Notes: a model not told the origin generated them from the sequence alone. DNA of 47,958 nt from an uncultured Candidatus Melainabacteria bacterium (GCA_937927525.1 CALBDR010000293.1:1-47958); one strand, 5' to 3'; counted from the stretch's first letter, positions 37,193 through 47,567 are shown. Numbers and translations are program-made.

Positions 37193-37912
37193 TTAAATCC
37201 TCAACTTCATAGGACCATCTAAAGCGCCATCTCTAAACTGCTTAGCAAAAGGATTATCATTATTATAATCAAACAACTCCTTTGGAGTCCCTTCCCATAC
37301 AATATACCCTTCGTATAACATTAAAACTCTTTGGGCTGTTCTCCTAATAGTCGAAGCTTGGTGAGTTACTACTATGGAAGAAGCCTTTTTTTCACGCTGA
37401 AGCTTCACTATTAAATCCTCAACAACTGTGCTTGCCATCGGATCGAGTCCAGCCGTAGGTTCATCATAGAGCATAATCTGTGGATCGTTAATAATAGCTC
37501 TAGCGAAGCTTACTCTTTTCTTCATGCCACCAGACAATTCTGAAGGGAACTGGTGTTCAATATTAGGTAAACCTACTAAATTAAGAGTATCACTGACTTT
37601 AATATTTATTTCTTTTAAGCTATAACCTGGTAAATCTTCACCAACCTCAAAAGGAAAAGCAATATTATCTCTAACCGTAAGTGAATCAAATAATGCAGAG
37701 TATTGAAAACTCATTCCAATATTATCTGATGAAAGAGTTATATTTCCATCATTATATGTTTCTAAACCAGCTATGATTCTAAGAGCAGTACTTTTACCAC
37801 AGCCGGAAAAACCTATTAATGCTACGACTTCCTCGTCAGCTACTTCAAAGCTAACATCTTTCAAAACTTCATTTACCCCAAAGGATTTTTTTAGATTTTT
37901 AACTTTAATCAT
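37193..37912 (-). CDS. ABC transporter ATP-binding protein (MlaF/Ttg2A-like)
   Basis: Walker A variant GFSGCGKST, Q-loop, LSGGMKKR signature and Walker B MLYDEPTAGLD. The size and C-terminus resemble MlaF-type ATPases. No permease is adjacent. Confidence 0.82.
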   Translation of the reverse strand: MIKVKNLKKSFGVNEVLKDVSFEVADEEVVALIGFSGCGKSTALRIIAGLETYNDGNITLSSDNIGMSFQYSALFDSLTVRDNIAFPFEVGEDLPGYSLKEINIKVSDTLNLVGLPNIEHQFPSELSGGMKKRVSFARAIINDPQIMLYDEPTAGLDPMASTVVEDLIVKLQREKKASSIVVTHQASTIRRTAQRVLMLYEGYIVWEGTPKELFDYNNDNPFAKQFRDGALDGPMKLRI

Positions 37913-37926
37913 TAACTTTAACTATT

Positions 37927-38877
37927 TTACCCCTTATCAAGTCCATCGATAAAATATTTCCTACCCTTAAGCTCCTTGGGTAAATATTCTTGATCTACTC
38001 GAGAATTAGGATAATCATGAGGATATTTATACTTAGTAATGGGGTTCTCTTTTTCATTATCAGACTTAGCTGGACAAGCGTAATTTACAGGCTTCAAGTG
38101 AACTGGGACCTCAAATTCAGGAAAAGAATTACAATCCTTCATAGCCATATTCATAGCTTTATAAGAAACATTTGACTTAGGAGCATTTGCGATATAAATT
38201 ACAGCCTGAGCTAAAGGAATTCTTGCCTCTGGCATACCTAGCTCTAAAGCTGCCCTATAGGCAGCTTCAGCTATTAGAAGAGCATTATTATCAGCAAGCC
38301 CAACATCTTCACTTGCTGTAACTAAAACTCTTCTAGCAACAGCTTTCAAGTCAGCTCCACCGTTCAAAAGTCTTTCAAGCCAGTAAACCGAAGCATCTGG
38401 ATCTGAGCCTCTCATTGATTTCTGTAAAGCAGAAACACACGAATAGTAAGCATCAGGGTCACCAGAAAAAATCTTTCTCTCAACTAACTCTTCACAAAGT
38501 TTAAGTGAAATATCTGCTCCCATTTCATCTTCAGAAAAACTTAAAAGACAAGCCTCTATAGCATTAAGTAAAACCCTTGCATCTCCTCTAGCGGCTTTAA
38601 TTAAAAATTCTTTAGCATCGTGATCAATGCTAAAACCTTCCTTGTTAATTACCTTAGTAACAAGATTACGTAAATCCTCAAAGCCATGTGGCTTCAACTC
38701 AAACTTCAAAATTCTACTCAACAGTGCTTTGTTAACTGAACTTGCTGGATTTTCGGTAGTCGCCCCAATGAAAATTATTTTACCTTGTTCTATTGCATTC
38801 AAAAGGGAATCTTGCTGAGTCTTACTAAAACTGTGCAATTCATCTACAAATAAAATCCCTGGCTTTAACTGCTGCAT
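37927..38877 (-). CDS. rarA: replication-associated recombination protein A (RarA/MgsA) homolog lacking the N-terminal P-loop region (truncated; possible pseudogene)
   Basis: Begins at ILFVDELHSFSKTQQDSLL (Walker B / sensor region) and continues collinearly through GATTENP, GDAR, the MgsA C-terminal domain (YY..SALQKSMRGSDPDAS.YW) and PVHL. The roughly 110 aa carrying GPPGxGKT are absent. Confidence 0.75.
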   Translation of the reverse strand: MQQLKPGILFVDELHSFSKTQQDSLLNAIEQGKIIFIGATTENPASSVNKALLSRILKFELKPHGFEDLRNLVTKVINKEGFSIDHDAKEFLIKAARGDARVLLNAIEACLLSFSEDEMGADISLKLCEELVERKIFSGDPDAYYSCVSALQKSMRGSDPDASVYWLERLLNGGADLKAVARRVLVTASEDVGLADNNALLIAEAAYRAALELGMPEARIPLAQAVIYIANAPKSNVSYKAMNMAMKDCNSFPEFEVPVHLKPVNYACPAKSDNEKENPITKYKYPHDYPNSRVDQEYLPKELKGRKYFIDGLDKG

Positions 38878-38895
38878 ATATCGTTAATCTGGCTA

Positions 38896-40713
38896 TTGAG
38901 TAATACTATAGCTAAGAGTATACTTTATATTGAATTGAGTCGTTCAAGTATATTAATTTTAGTCTGTGTCAGCCTCTTTGCAGTTTTAGCTGCAAGACTG
39001 TTTCAGATGCAAGTAGTTGAACACGAAAAATACAAAGTACTAGCTAAAAACAACTCCACTAAGGCATCTATTGTTAGAGCACCAAGGGGAATAATTTATG
39101 ATAGAGATGGTGCTATTTTAGCGACGAGTAAACTTGCTCTAAAAATCATTGCCTACCCTAGGCTTCTTGCAAAAGTAAAAGAAAAAGAGCAGTTAGCCTC
39201 AAGACTTGCTTTCCTTACAGGTAAAGACTCAGAAAAAATCCTTAAGCAAATCACTGATATAAACTCAAGACTTCCTTTACCAATAACTCTTGCAAATGAC
39301 ATTTCAGTAGATAAGGCATTACAAATTTTTGAAAATGCTCATCTGTTACCTGGAATCGATGTAGAAAGTCAGCCACAAAGATATTATCCATACGGTGCAG
39401 TTCCTGCCCACATCTTAGGTTATGTAGGTGAAGTTAATGAAGCCGAACTTAGAGACAATAATCGGATAAAAAAGAAACTAAAACTTAGAGATCAAATCGG
39501 TAAAAGCGCTCTTGAAAAATATTATGATCAAACTTTACGTGGTATCGATGGTGAAAAACGAATCTTTGTGGATAGATACGGAAAGTCCTTTGCTAAAAGA
39601 GCGAATCAAAAAGAACTACATAATGACGCTGTCAAAGGCTCTGATATTCATCTCACTATAGATATTGATATTCAAAAAGCTGCCTATAATGCTCTTGGCG
39701 ATATTCATGGAGCAGCAGTTGCTATTAATCCCAAGAATGGCGAAATACTTGCTTTAGTGAGTAAGCCTAGCTACAATCCAAATTTATTTGCTCAAGGAAT
39801 ACCCTACTCCATCTACCAAGAGCTTAATAAGAAAAAAGCATTTTTAAATAGAGCTGCCTCTGGATTCACTCCTGGGAGTATATGGAAACCGATAACCGCT
39901 CTAACAGCCTTGGAAAAGCAGGTTATAAGCCCTGACAAACAACTATTTGTTAGTGGTGCAGTAAATTTTGGGGGCTTTCGTTTCGGAGACTGGACCAGTA
40001 AAGAAGACTTCATGGATATTAAAGAAGCTTTAGCTTGGTCTAGGAATACCTACTTTTACCAAATTGCAAAAAAAATGAAGCCTGAATGGCTTGCTAAATC
40101 TGGGCGAAGCTTTGGCTTAGGGTCTAAAACTAATATTGAAATAAACAATGAAAGTAGTGGTATAGTCCCTGATCCAACTTGGAAAAAAAAACATATGGGT
40201 GAACCATGGTTCCCAGGGAACACTCTTCATCTATCTATTGGGCAAAGTTACCTTATGGTAACTCCACTTCAAGCTGCACGAATGATTGCAGGTATAGCTA
40301 ATAGAGGAGATATCCCACAACTTCATATCATCAAAGATAAGAGTAAAGAAAAATTTGACTATGAGAATAAAGAATTCTCTGAAACCAGTTATGACATAGT
40401 TCATGAAGGTTTAAGGCGCTGCGTGAAAAGTGGGACTGGAACCGCTGTTAACTTAAGAGGACCATACAAAAAAGTGAAAATAGCAGGTAAAACTGGTTCA
40501 GCCGAAGTTTCTGGCTATGCACACTCTACTCATGCTTGGTTCGTATCATTTGCCCCATTTGATAATCCTGAAATTGCAGTAGCTGTATTTGGAGAAGGAG
40601 CTGGTCACGGAGGGAGTATCTGTGCACCTGTAGCTAGGGAAATCTACCAAAAATACTTTGAAAAGTACCATCCTGAAATAGCTGAAGGACGCACTAAAAA
40701 GCAAAGTTTTTAG
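38896..40713 (+). CDS. mrdA: penicillin-binding protein 2 (elongation-specific transpeptidase)
   Basis: N-terminal TM, then RLFQMQVVEHEKYKVLAKNN...PRGIIYDRDG (PBP2-type dimerisation domain). Also has SxxK (SIWK), SxN (SRN) and KTG (AGKTGSAE). TTG start. Confidence 0.85.
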   Translation: MSNTIAKSILYIELSRSSILILVCVSLFAVLAARLFQMQVVEHEKYKVLAKNNSTKASIVRAPRGIIYDRDGAILATSKLALKIIAYPRLLAKVKEKEQLASRLAFLTGKDSEKILKQITDINSRLPLPITLANDISVDKALQIFENAHLLPGIDVESQPQRYYPYGAVPAHILGYVGEVNEAELRDNNRIKKKLKLRDQIGKSALEKYYDQTLRGIDGEKRIFVDRYGKSFAKRANQKELHNDAVKGSDIHLTIDIDIQKAAYNALGDIHGAAVAINPKNGEILALVSKPSYNPNLFAQGIPYSIYQELNKKKAFLNRAASGFTPGSIWKPITALTALEKQVISPDKQLFVSGAVNFGGFRFGDWTSKEDFMDIKEALAWSRNTYFYQIAKKMKPEWLAKSGRSFGLGSKTNIEINNESSGIVPDPTWKKKHMGEPWFPGNTLHLSIGQSYLMVTPLQAARMIAGIANRGDIPQLHIIKDKSKEKFDYENKEFSETSYDIVHEGLRRCVKSGTGTAVNLRGPYKKVKIAGKTGSAEVSGYAHSTHAWFVSFAPFDNPEIAVAVFGEGAGHGGSICAPVAREIYQKYFEKYHPEIAEGRTKKQSF

Positions 40714-40749
40714 TGCTAACTGAACCTGGATTGCTATAATTTAGGCTGC

Positions 40750-42330
40750 ATGAATAAAGCACTATTATTAATTTTAGATGGTTGGGGTTACTCTGAAGAA
40801 AAAAAAGGTAACGCTATTAAAGCTGCAAACACTCCTTGTTTTGATTCTCTGATCAAAAAATACCCTAACACTCTTTTAAATGCTAGCAGCACCCATGTAG
40901 GTCTTCCAGAAGGAATTATGGGTAATTCTGAAGTAGGTCACGAAAACATCGGTTTAGGTAGACCGATTAAACAAAAACTCACTCAGATTTCTGACATGGT
41001 AAAAACTGGTGAATTCTTTGAAAACCAAGTTCTAATCGATGCTGTAGAACATGCTAAGAAAAACAATTCTAAACTACATTTCATAGGATTAATCTCAGAA
41101 GGTGATGTTCATTCTCATTTAGGACATCTTTATGGGCTTCTAGAACTAGCTGAGAAGAAGGGTTTAAATAAATCTCAAGTATATCTTCAGGCTATCAGTG
41201 ATGGACGTGATGACCCACCTAGGGTAGCTGAAAAGCTCATGGAAAGACTAGAGTCTAAAATGCAGATCGCCACTGTTTCAGGTCGCTATTGGGCTATGGA
41301 TCGTGATAAGAATTGGGAGAGAACAGATAAATACTTTAATACTATCCTAAAAACACCTACTGCTAAACTCGAAAACTTCACCCCGCTTAAAGCTAGTTCT
41401 GCAAAGGAGGCTATTGCTAATTATTATGAGTACGCAGAAAAAAATCCAGATAAAGTAGTCGGTGATTCTGATGAATTTGTAGAGGTTACTTTAATCAATG
41501 AAAAAGGTTTAATCGAAGATAAAGACTCAATTATATTCTTTAACTTTAGACCGGACAGAGCAATCCAAATATCAACTCGTTTTAAAGAACTTCAAAAATC
41601 TCGTCCTGGTTTACATTATGCTTGTTTTACAGAATATAGCTCTGACTTAGATTTACCTATAGCATTTGATGCGAATAGTTTACCTAGACAAGAATTTGCA
41701 AATGGTTTAGGAGAGTGGATTTCTAAAAAAGGCTTCAATCAATTCAGGGTAGCTGAAACTGAAAAATATCCACACGTTACTTTCTTTATTAATGCTAAAA
41801 CTTCAAAAAGAAAAGATCCTTTCCCTAACGAGGATAGACTTTTAGTGCCTAGCCCTAAAGTTGCAACTTATGATCTTAAGCCAGAAATGAGTGTAGTCGA
41901 GGTTACAGACGGTCTTTTAGAAGCTATGGCTAATAAGGAAAAAGATTATCAACTTATCATTTGTAATATCGCAAATCCTGATATGGTTGGACATACCGGC
42001 AACTGGGATGCCGTATTAAAAGCTTTAGAAGAAGTTGATAACCAATTATCCCGTATAGTAAAAGCTAGTGAAGAGAATGAATATAAATTATTAATCACAG
42101 CGGATCACGGTAATGCTGATCAAATGTATGATGGTGATGGTACTACTAGGACAGCACATAGTACCAATAAAGTTCCTTTCATAGTTTTAGATAAAAATTA
42201 CAAGCTTAAAAACGACGAAGCTAATTCCCTTAAAAATATTGCGCCTACTATCTTAGATTTAATGAATTTAGAGAAACCTGCTGAAATGACTTGTGAAAGT
42301 CTTCTTCTTAAGCAGGAAGCTAATGTTTAA
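40750..42330 (+). CDS. gpmI: 2,3-bisphosphoglycerate-independent phosphoglycerate mutase
   Basis: Has LLILDGWG, GNSEVGHENIG, SDGRDD, ETEKYPHVTFF, NPDMVGHTG and TADHGNA. Confidence 0.95.
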   Translation: MNKALLLILDGWGYSEEKKGNAIKAANTPCFDSLIKKYPNTLLNASSTHVGLPEGIMGNSEVGHENIGLGRPIKQKLTQISDMVKTGEFFENQVLIDAVEHAKKNNSKLHFIGLISEGDVHSHLGHLYGLLELAEKKGLNKSQVYLQAISDGRDDPPRVAEKLMERLESKMQIATVSGRYWAMDRDKNWERTDKYFNTILKTPTAKLENFTPLKASSAKEAIANYYEYAEKNPDKVVGDSDEFVEVTLINEKGLIEDKDSIIFFNFRPDRAIQISTRFKELQKSRPGLHYACFTEYSSDLDLPIAFDANSLPRQEFANGLGEWISKKGFNQFRVAETEKYPHVTFFINAKTSKRKDPFPNEDRLLVPSPKVATYDLKPEMSVVEVTDGLLEAMANKEKDYQLIICNIANPDMVGHTGNWDAVLKALEEVDNQLSRIVKASEENEYKLLITADHGNADQMYDGDGTTRTAHSTNKVPFIVLDKNYKLKNDEANSLKNIAPTILDLMNLEKPAEMTCESLLLKQEANV

Positions 42331-42337
42331 TAGCTGG

Positions 42338-43060
42338 CTAAATCATCATAGCCTTGACTGGTTGCTTAAGCATATATCCAGAACCACGCTTAGTATGAAT
42401 TAACTTCCCGTACTTTTTCTCCATTAATTTAGAGCGAAGATATCTAATATAAACTTCGATAACATTACTTTCACCGATAAAATCATAACCCCAAACCTTA
42501 TTAAATAAGAATTCACGAGTTAAATACTCTTCAGGATGCATCATAAATATTCTTAATAAAGAAAATTCTTTAGTTCTTAAAGAAAGCTCTTCATCTTTTC
42601 TTTTCGCAGAGCGGCTTAGTTGATCTAGCCAAAGATCTCCATAAATCAGAATAGAGCTCTGACCAGGAGCCTTTCTTCTAAATATAGCCCTAATTCTAGC
42701 GAGCAATTCTTCAGCAACAAAGGGCTTTACTAAATAATCATCAGCACCACTATCTAAACATTTGACTTTATCTTCAATACCATCTTTTGCAGTGATAAAG
42801 ATAATTGGTTGATCAAAACCCTCTTCCCTTAACTTTAGACAAACCTCTTCTCCACTTAGACTAGGCAGCATACAGTCTAACAATATTAGATCTGGGTTAT
42901 GTTCTCTTACTAATACTAAAGCTTCTTTACCATCCGAGCTGGTGATAACCTCATACCCTTCATATTTTAATTCCAACTCAATCAACCTCAGTATCTGCGG
43001 TTCATCTTCTACTACTAGTACTTTTGTGAGTTTAGGATCTTTTGAAGAATTACTTTGCAT
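42338..43060 (-). CDS. OmpR/PhoB-family response regulator
   Basis: Receiver domain (VLVVEDE, LILLDCMLP, KPF) plus a winged-helix output domain (VWGYDF...NVIEVYIRYLRSKL). The start is set at the ATG (MQSNSS), 9 nt inside the GTG-initiated track ORF. No histidine kinase is adjacent. Confidence 0.9.
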   Translation of the reverse strand: MQSNSSKDPKLTKVLVVEDEPQILRLIELELKYEGYEVITSSDGKEALVLVREHNPDLILLDCMLPSLSGEEVCLKLREEGFDQPIIFITAKDGIEDKVKCLDSGADDYLVKPFVAEELLARIRAIFRRKAPGQSSILIYGDLWLDQLSRSAKRKDEELSLRTKEFSLLRIFMMHPEEYLTREFLFNKVWGYDFIGESNVIEVYIRYLRSKLMEKKYGKLIHTKRGSGYMLKQPVKAMMI

Positions 43061-43190
43061 GACGAACACTAATGATTCTACAAATTCGCTCCCTAGAATG
43101 TCAATTTATATTTTTATAATCATAAATAATACACTCTAAAAACTTAAAGTTTTCAACCATGATCAGCTTTTTTCTATTATTATTAACACT

Positions 43191-44600
43191 ATGGAAACAA
43201 GAATTGAAAAGGATACTATGGGTGAATTAAGTGTGCCAGCAAACAAATATTATGGTGCACAAACAGCAAGGTCATTGATTAATTTTAAAATTGGTCACGA
43301 TCATATGCCTTTAGAAGTAGTAAAAGCTTTTGGTATCTTAAAAAAAGCAGCAGCGCTGGTTAATTCTGATCTAAGTTTACTAAGTAAAGATAAAGCTGAA
43401 TTAATTTCAAAAGCAGCAGATGAAGTTATCTCTGGAAATTTAAATGATAATTTCCCTTTAGTAGTTTGGCAAACAGGATCAGGCACTCAATCTAACATGA
43501 ATGTTAATGAGGTTATCGCTAATAAAGCGATAGAGTTTGCTGGTGGAGTTTTAGGCTCTAAAGACCCTGTTCATCCGAATGATGATGTTAACAAGTCGCA
43601 GTCATCTAATGATACTTTCCCTACAGCCATGCATATTGCAGGAAAGTTATTTTTAGAAGATTCATTAATCCCTTCTTTAGAACTACTTCAAGAAAGTTTA
43701 AACAAGAAAGCTGAAGAGTTTAAAGATATTACTAAAATCGGCAGAACTCACTTAATGGATGCAACACCTTTAAGTCTAGGACAAGAATTCTCTGGCTATG
43801 CTACTCAGCTAAAGAAAGGTATAGAAAGAGTGAAAACTACTCTAGCAGATCTTTCTGAACTAGCTTTAGGTGGAACCGCTGTAGGAACAGGTTTAAACTC
43901 ACACCCAGAATTTGCAGTTAGAGTTGCAGCTAAAATCTCAGAAATTACTGGTAAGGATTTTATTACTGCCCCTAATAAATTTGAATCTCTTGCTGCACAT
44001 GACGCTATCGTGATGGCTTCAGGAGCACTAAAAACAGTAGCAGCATCTTTGATGAAAATCGCGAATGATATTCGTTTACTTGGTTCAGGACCGCGTTCTG
44101 GCTTAGGTGAGTTAAATCTCCCAGCAAATGAACCAGGTTCATCAATCATGCCAGGTAAAGTTAATCCTACTCAATGTGAAGCTTTGACTATGGTTTGTGC
44201 GCAGGTTATGGGTAATGACGTAGCGATAAACTTCGGTGGAGCGACAGGGCATTTTGAATTAAATGTTTTTAAACCAATGATGATCTTTAACTTATTAAAT
44301 TCCGCAAGATTGCTTACTGATGCAGCTCAGTCATTTAGAAACAACTGTGTAATCGGAATCGAAGCTAATAAAGAGAATTGTAAAAAACATTTAAACAATT
44401 CACTAATGTTAGTAACAGCTCTTAACCCATATCTCGGCTATGATAAAGCCGCTGAGATTGCGAAAAATGCTCATAAAAAGGGGGTAACACTCAAAGAGTC
44501 TGCGATATCTCTAGGTTACTTAACAGAAACACAATTCGATGAGTGGGTTAAACCTGAGGAAATGTGCGCACCTAATATTTCAGCTAAAGCTGGGGTCTAA
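43191..44600 (+). CDS. fumC: class II fumarate hydratase
   Basis: Has [22 protein letters not shown], the [16 protein letters not shown] signature, and the typical length. Confidence 0.95.
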   Translation: METRIEKDTMGELSVPANKYYGAQTARSLINFKIGHDHMPLEVVKAFGILKKAAALVNSDLSLLSKDKAELISKAADEVISGNLNDNFPLVVWQTGSGTQSNMNVNEVIANKAIEFAGGVLGSKDPVHPNDDVNKSQSSNDTFPTAMHIAGKLFLEDSLIPSLELLQESLNKKAEEFKDITKIGRTHLMDATPLSLGQEFSGYATQLKKGIERVKTTLADLSELALGGTAVGTGLNSHPEFAVRVAAKISEITGKDFITAPNKFESLAAHDAIVMASGALKTVAASLMKIANDIRLLGSGPRSGLGELNLPANEPGSSIMPGKVNPTQCEALTMVCAQVMGNDVAINFGGATGHFELNVFKPMMIFNLLNSARLLTDAAQSFRNNCVIGIEANKENCKKHLNNSLMLVTALNPYLGYDKAAEIAKNAHKKGVTLKESAISLGYLTETQFDEWVKPEEMCAPNISAKAGV

Positions 44601-44601
44601 A

Positions 44602-45360
44602 CTAAAACCTCATTCCTAAGTAAGACTTAATCCCAGGCACAGCCTGATGCACAGCTTTAGGGTCCCAAATCCAATCATGCTCTGTATTCTTAAGCTCTAG
44701 AATAGACTTTTCTAGAGCTGGTATTTCAGCGAAAAGTTCGTCCATGACTTGGTTGTTTACAACTAAGTCATTTTCAACTTGAATTAATAGCATTGGATTT
44801 TCAAACTTAGATAGCTTCTCTGGAAGATTTTGTGACATCATTAAAATCTGCCAAAGCAGGTTAGGACTAACTTCGTATACTTTAAGTGGGTCTTCATCGG
44901 TAGCATCTGCCTCATCCTTTGAGCTCGGCAAACGAATTAAACGATCTTCATGCTTTATAAACCTGTCTTCAAAAAGCTGCCAAATAGTTTTAATAGTAAA
45001 CCATAGACTAAATGTAGACTTCGCACCTTTAAAACCAGGCACTGAAAAAATCAATTTATCTTCAGGATCAATATGAAGATTAGTGAGAATCACAGCCCCT
45101 AAACTATGCCCCATTAAAACAAATTCAGCTTCCGGATATTTTTTCTTTAACTCTTCATACTGTGCTTCAATTTGCTCTAACCACTGTTGATATGAATCCA
45201 AATGCCCTCGAGGCTCATTTTTACCGAAGCCCTGCAAATCAGGACAATAAAACTTAATCTCATCTGATTCCAACTCTTTCACCAAATTGTCAAACCAAGC
45301 GCCCCTACCACCTAAGCCATGAATAGCTAAAATTACTTTCTTCATATTTAATTTATACAC
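44602..45360 (-). CDS. alpha/beta hydrolase (lysophospholipase/monoacylglycerol-lipase-like)
   Basis: HGLGG oxyanion region, GHSLGA nucleophile elbow, and C-terminal D/H candidates. Confidence 0.75.
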   Translation of the reverse strand: MYKLNMKKVILAIHGLGGRGAWFDNLVKELESDEIKFYCPDLQGFGKNEPRGHLDSYQQWLEQIEAQYEELKKKYPEAEFVLMGHSLGAVILTNLHIDPEDKLIFSVPGFKGAKSTFSLWFTIKTIWQLFEDRFIKHEDRLIRLPSSKDEADATDEDPLKVYEVSPNLLWQILMMSQNLPEKLSKFENPMLLIQVENDLVVNNQVMDELFAEIPALEKSILELKNTEHDWIWDPKAVHQAVPGIKSYLGMRF

Positions 45361-45573
45361 TGAAATAATGAATTTATAAGCTTACCGGTTCAAAAACAAA
45401 GAAATTACTAAACCTTAATTATATGTTGCACATCTATGCCTTTTTCCATAATCAATTGATGGATGGACTTAGACCCAAAATTTTTAATTTTTAAAGAGGA
45501 GATACTTTTATGCTGATTGGAAAAGGATTTTACTTTTTACCTGCATTCAACTGGGGCAGTTAATAACATCACC

Positions 45574-46035
45574 TCAAATCACAAATAAATGCACAGCAAA
45601 GCTAACAGCAACACCAAGCACAGCACCAGCTAAAACCTCACGCGGACTATGTCCTAAAAGTTCCTTTAGACTAACTTCCTTAAGATCGTGCCCATCAGGC
45701 AATTCATGGATGATTTTATTTAAAGCTGCCGCCTGTCTACCAGCAGATCGACGAATTCCAGCCGAATCATACATAACCACTGCTGACATAGTCAGTGCTA
45801 TCGAAAATGAAACCGAATCAAAACCAGCTATTAAACCTGTAGAACAAGCAAGTGCAACAATCGAAGAACTATGACTAGAGGGCATACCACCTGTGTTAAT
45901 TAACATATGCCACATAATCCTCTTTCTAACTGAAGAATAAATAATAGTCTTGACTATTTGTGCAATAACATTAGCAAGAATAACAGAAGCTAGAACTTCA
46001 TAACCATTGTTTTTAATTGTTTCTGCTAATAACAT
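45574..46035 (-). CDS. divergent PAP2 / acid phosphatase-vanadium haloperoxidase-related membrane protein (DUF212-like)
   Basis: Has GGMPSSHSS, MYDSAGIRR and GHSP.EV, spaced as in PF02681-type proteins, with 4-5 TM segments. It overlaps the upstream polyprenyl synthase by 23 nt. Confidence 0.75.
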   Translation of the reverse strand: MLLAETIKNNGYEVLASVILANVIAQIVKTIIYSSVRKRIMWHMLINTGGMPSSHSSSIVALACSTGLIAGFDSVSFSIALTMSAVVMYDSAGIRRSAGRQAAALNKIIHELPDGHDLKEVSLKELLGHSPREVLAGAVLGVAVSFAVHLFVI

Positions 46036-47035
46036 AATCTGCGATCAATTTTAGTTTATCAGAATAAATTGAAGTGGTCTCTATAATTTCTTTCGCTTCC
46101 TTTATTAAGTCTTCAGATATTTTGCGCGCTTCTTCTAAACCATAGATGTCGACATAAGTAAGCTTATTCTGCTCAGCATCTTTTTGAGTTTTTTTACCCA
46201 TCTCTTCAGTGCTAGCAGTATGATCTAAAATATCATCTGCAATTTGAAAAGCTAATCCAAGATTTTTAGAATATCTTTCTAAAGCAAAAACTTCTTCATC
46301 TGTTGCTCCAGCTAAAATCGCTGCATTGACTATAGCCGCTGATAATAAAGCTCCCGTCTTATACTCTTGCATTAATTTAGATTCTTCAAAACGCTTCTTT
46401 ATATACGTTTCCGTTTGCTCATCAGTATTAACATTTTCACGTGCTAATTCTAAATCCATAGCTTGTCCAATTATCATTTTTTGAACAGCTATTAATATGT
46501 TCTGACTAACTTTAAGAACCAATTTTGCATCTAGACTCAAATTATCTTGACTGTATTCTATAAAGACAGAGATTGGATTTACTAATAAATAATCCCCCGC
46601 AAGTAAAGCCATATCCTCACCATACATAATATGACTTGTAGGTTTACCTCTTCTTAATTCATCATTATCCATACATGGCAAGTCATCATGGACTAAACTC
46701 CCACAATGTATTAACTCAATAGCAAGCGCTAATCCTAAGGCAGGGTTAAGATAAACATCTCCAGGCTCGTTATTTTTTGCAACCGCATCGGCTGTCATTA
46801 ACGCCAAAACTGGTCTTAACCTTTTTCCACCATTGGAAAAACTATATTCAATAGCCTCAAAAAGTCTATTTTCGGCATTTTTTTCAAAAAACTTTAAAAA
46901 TTTTAATTTTTTTTTCAGATTCAAGAGAATATTTTCGAAATTTCGGGTATATAGTTTATGTGAATCGGCAAGAGAATAGATCATAAGATTGATTCTACCC
47001 CAATTCACAAGACAAGTTAACATTTTCTTAATCAA
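46013..47035 (-). CDS. polyprenyl diphosphate synthase (FPP/GGPP synthase, IspA/CrtE-like)
   Basis: Has GGKRLRP, the first Asp-rich motif LVHDDLPCMDNDELRRG, and the second, FQIADDILD. The true start is probably internal (the track uses TTG at 47035; ATGs lie at 47023 and 46984). Confidence 0.88.
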   Translation of the reverse strand: MIKKMLTCLVNWGRINLMIYSLADSHKLYTRNFENILLNLKKKLKFLKFFEKNAENRLFEAIEYSFSNGGKRLRPVLALMTADAVAKNNEPGDVYLNPALGLALAIELIHCGSLVHDDLPCMDNDELRRGKPTSHIMYGEDMALLAGDYLLVNPISVFIEYSQDNLSLDAKLVLKVSQNILIAVQKMIIGQAMDLELARENVNTDEQTETYIKKRFEESKLMQEYKTGALLSAAIVNAAILAGATDEEVFALERYSKNLGLAFQIADDILDHTASTEEMGKKTQKDAEQNKLTYVDIYGLEEARKISEDLIKEAKEIIETTSIYSDKLKLIADYVISRNN

Positions 47036-47086
47036 GAAATAGTTTAATGATGTGAGTGTAAGTGATAATCAAGGAGGCAGTGAAAG

Positions 47087-47485
47087 ATGGCGGCAATAAA
47101 CACAGCACAACAGTTAGCGAAGGTTAGATCGAAGATCGACGCGCAACAACAAATCGTAGATACATTAGAACTAGAATTACAAAAAGCGATTTTAGGTGAC
47201 GATACTCAAACAGTAGGTAGTATCTTAGCGGATATCTCTACTAGTTACGCAGGTGTTCCAGACGGAGCTACTTTAGAAGCATCAGTTCTTCAAGGTTTAC
47301 AAAACTTTGCTGGTACTGCAGGTACAGTAACTGGTAACACAGCGGACCAAACAATGTTAAGACAACTTCTTTATCAAGCAAGAGCTATGTTAGGTGAGCT
47401 TAGAATCGAAGAGCAACACTATAACCAAGAAGTTCAGCAAGAACAAACCCTAAGAAAATCATTAATAGACTTATCGAAGGCTTAA
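47087..47485 (+). CDS. hypothetical helix-loop-helix protein (132 aa), likely highly expressed
   Basis: Consensus AAGGAGG RBS 8 nt before the ATG, a double stop (TAATAA), its own downstream terminator, and visibly different codon choice (gcg, tcg, gac, atc) from neighbours. No recognisable family. Confidence 0.6.
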   Translation: MAAINTAQQLAKVRSKIDAQQQIVDTLELELQKAILGDDTQTVGSILADISTSYAGVPDGATLEASVLQGLQNFAGTAGTVTGNTADQTMLRQLLYQARAMLGELRIEEQHYNQEVQQEQTLRKSLIDLSKA

Positions 47486-47567
47486 TAAAATTTTTCCATC
47501 TTTGCCTTGCCGTAGGGGGGGAGTTGAAGAAGAAAAGCAATTTTATTACAATCCATCAATTTGCGCC

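Noticed and set aside
45510-45560. 16-codon ORF (MLIGKGFYFLPAFNWGS) with a good AGAGGAG RBS in the 213-nt gap between two minus-strand genes; considered as a possible leader or RiPP-like peptide
   Set aside because: It is too short to distinguish from chance in AT-rich DNA. It lies on the opposite strand to both neighbours, with no modifying enzymes nearby. It is worth revisiting only if conserved in relatives.
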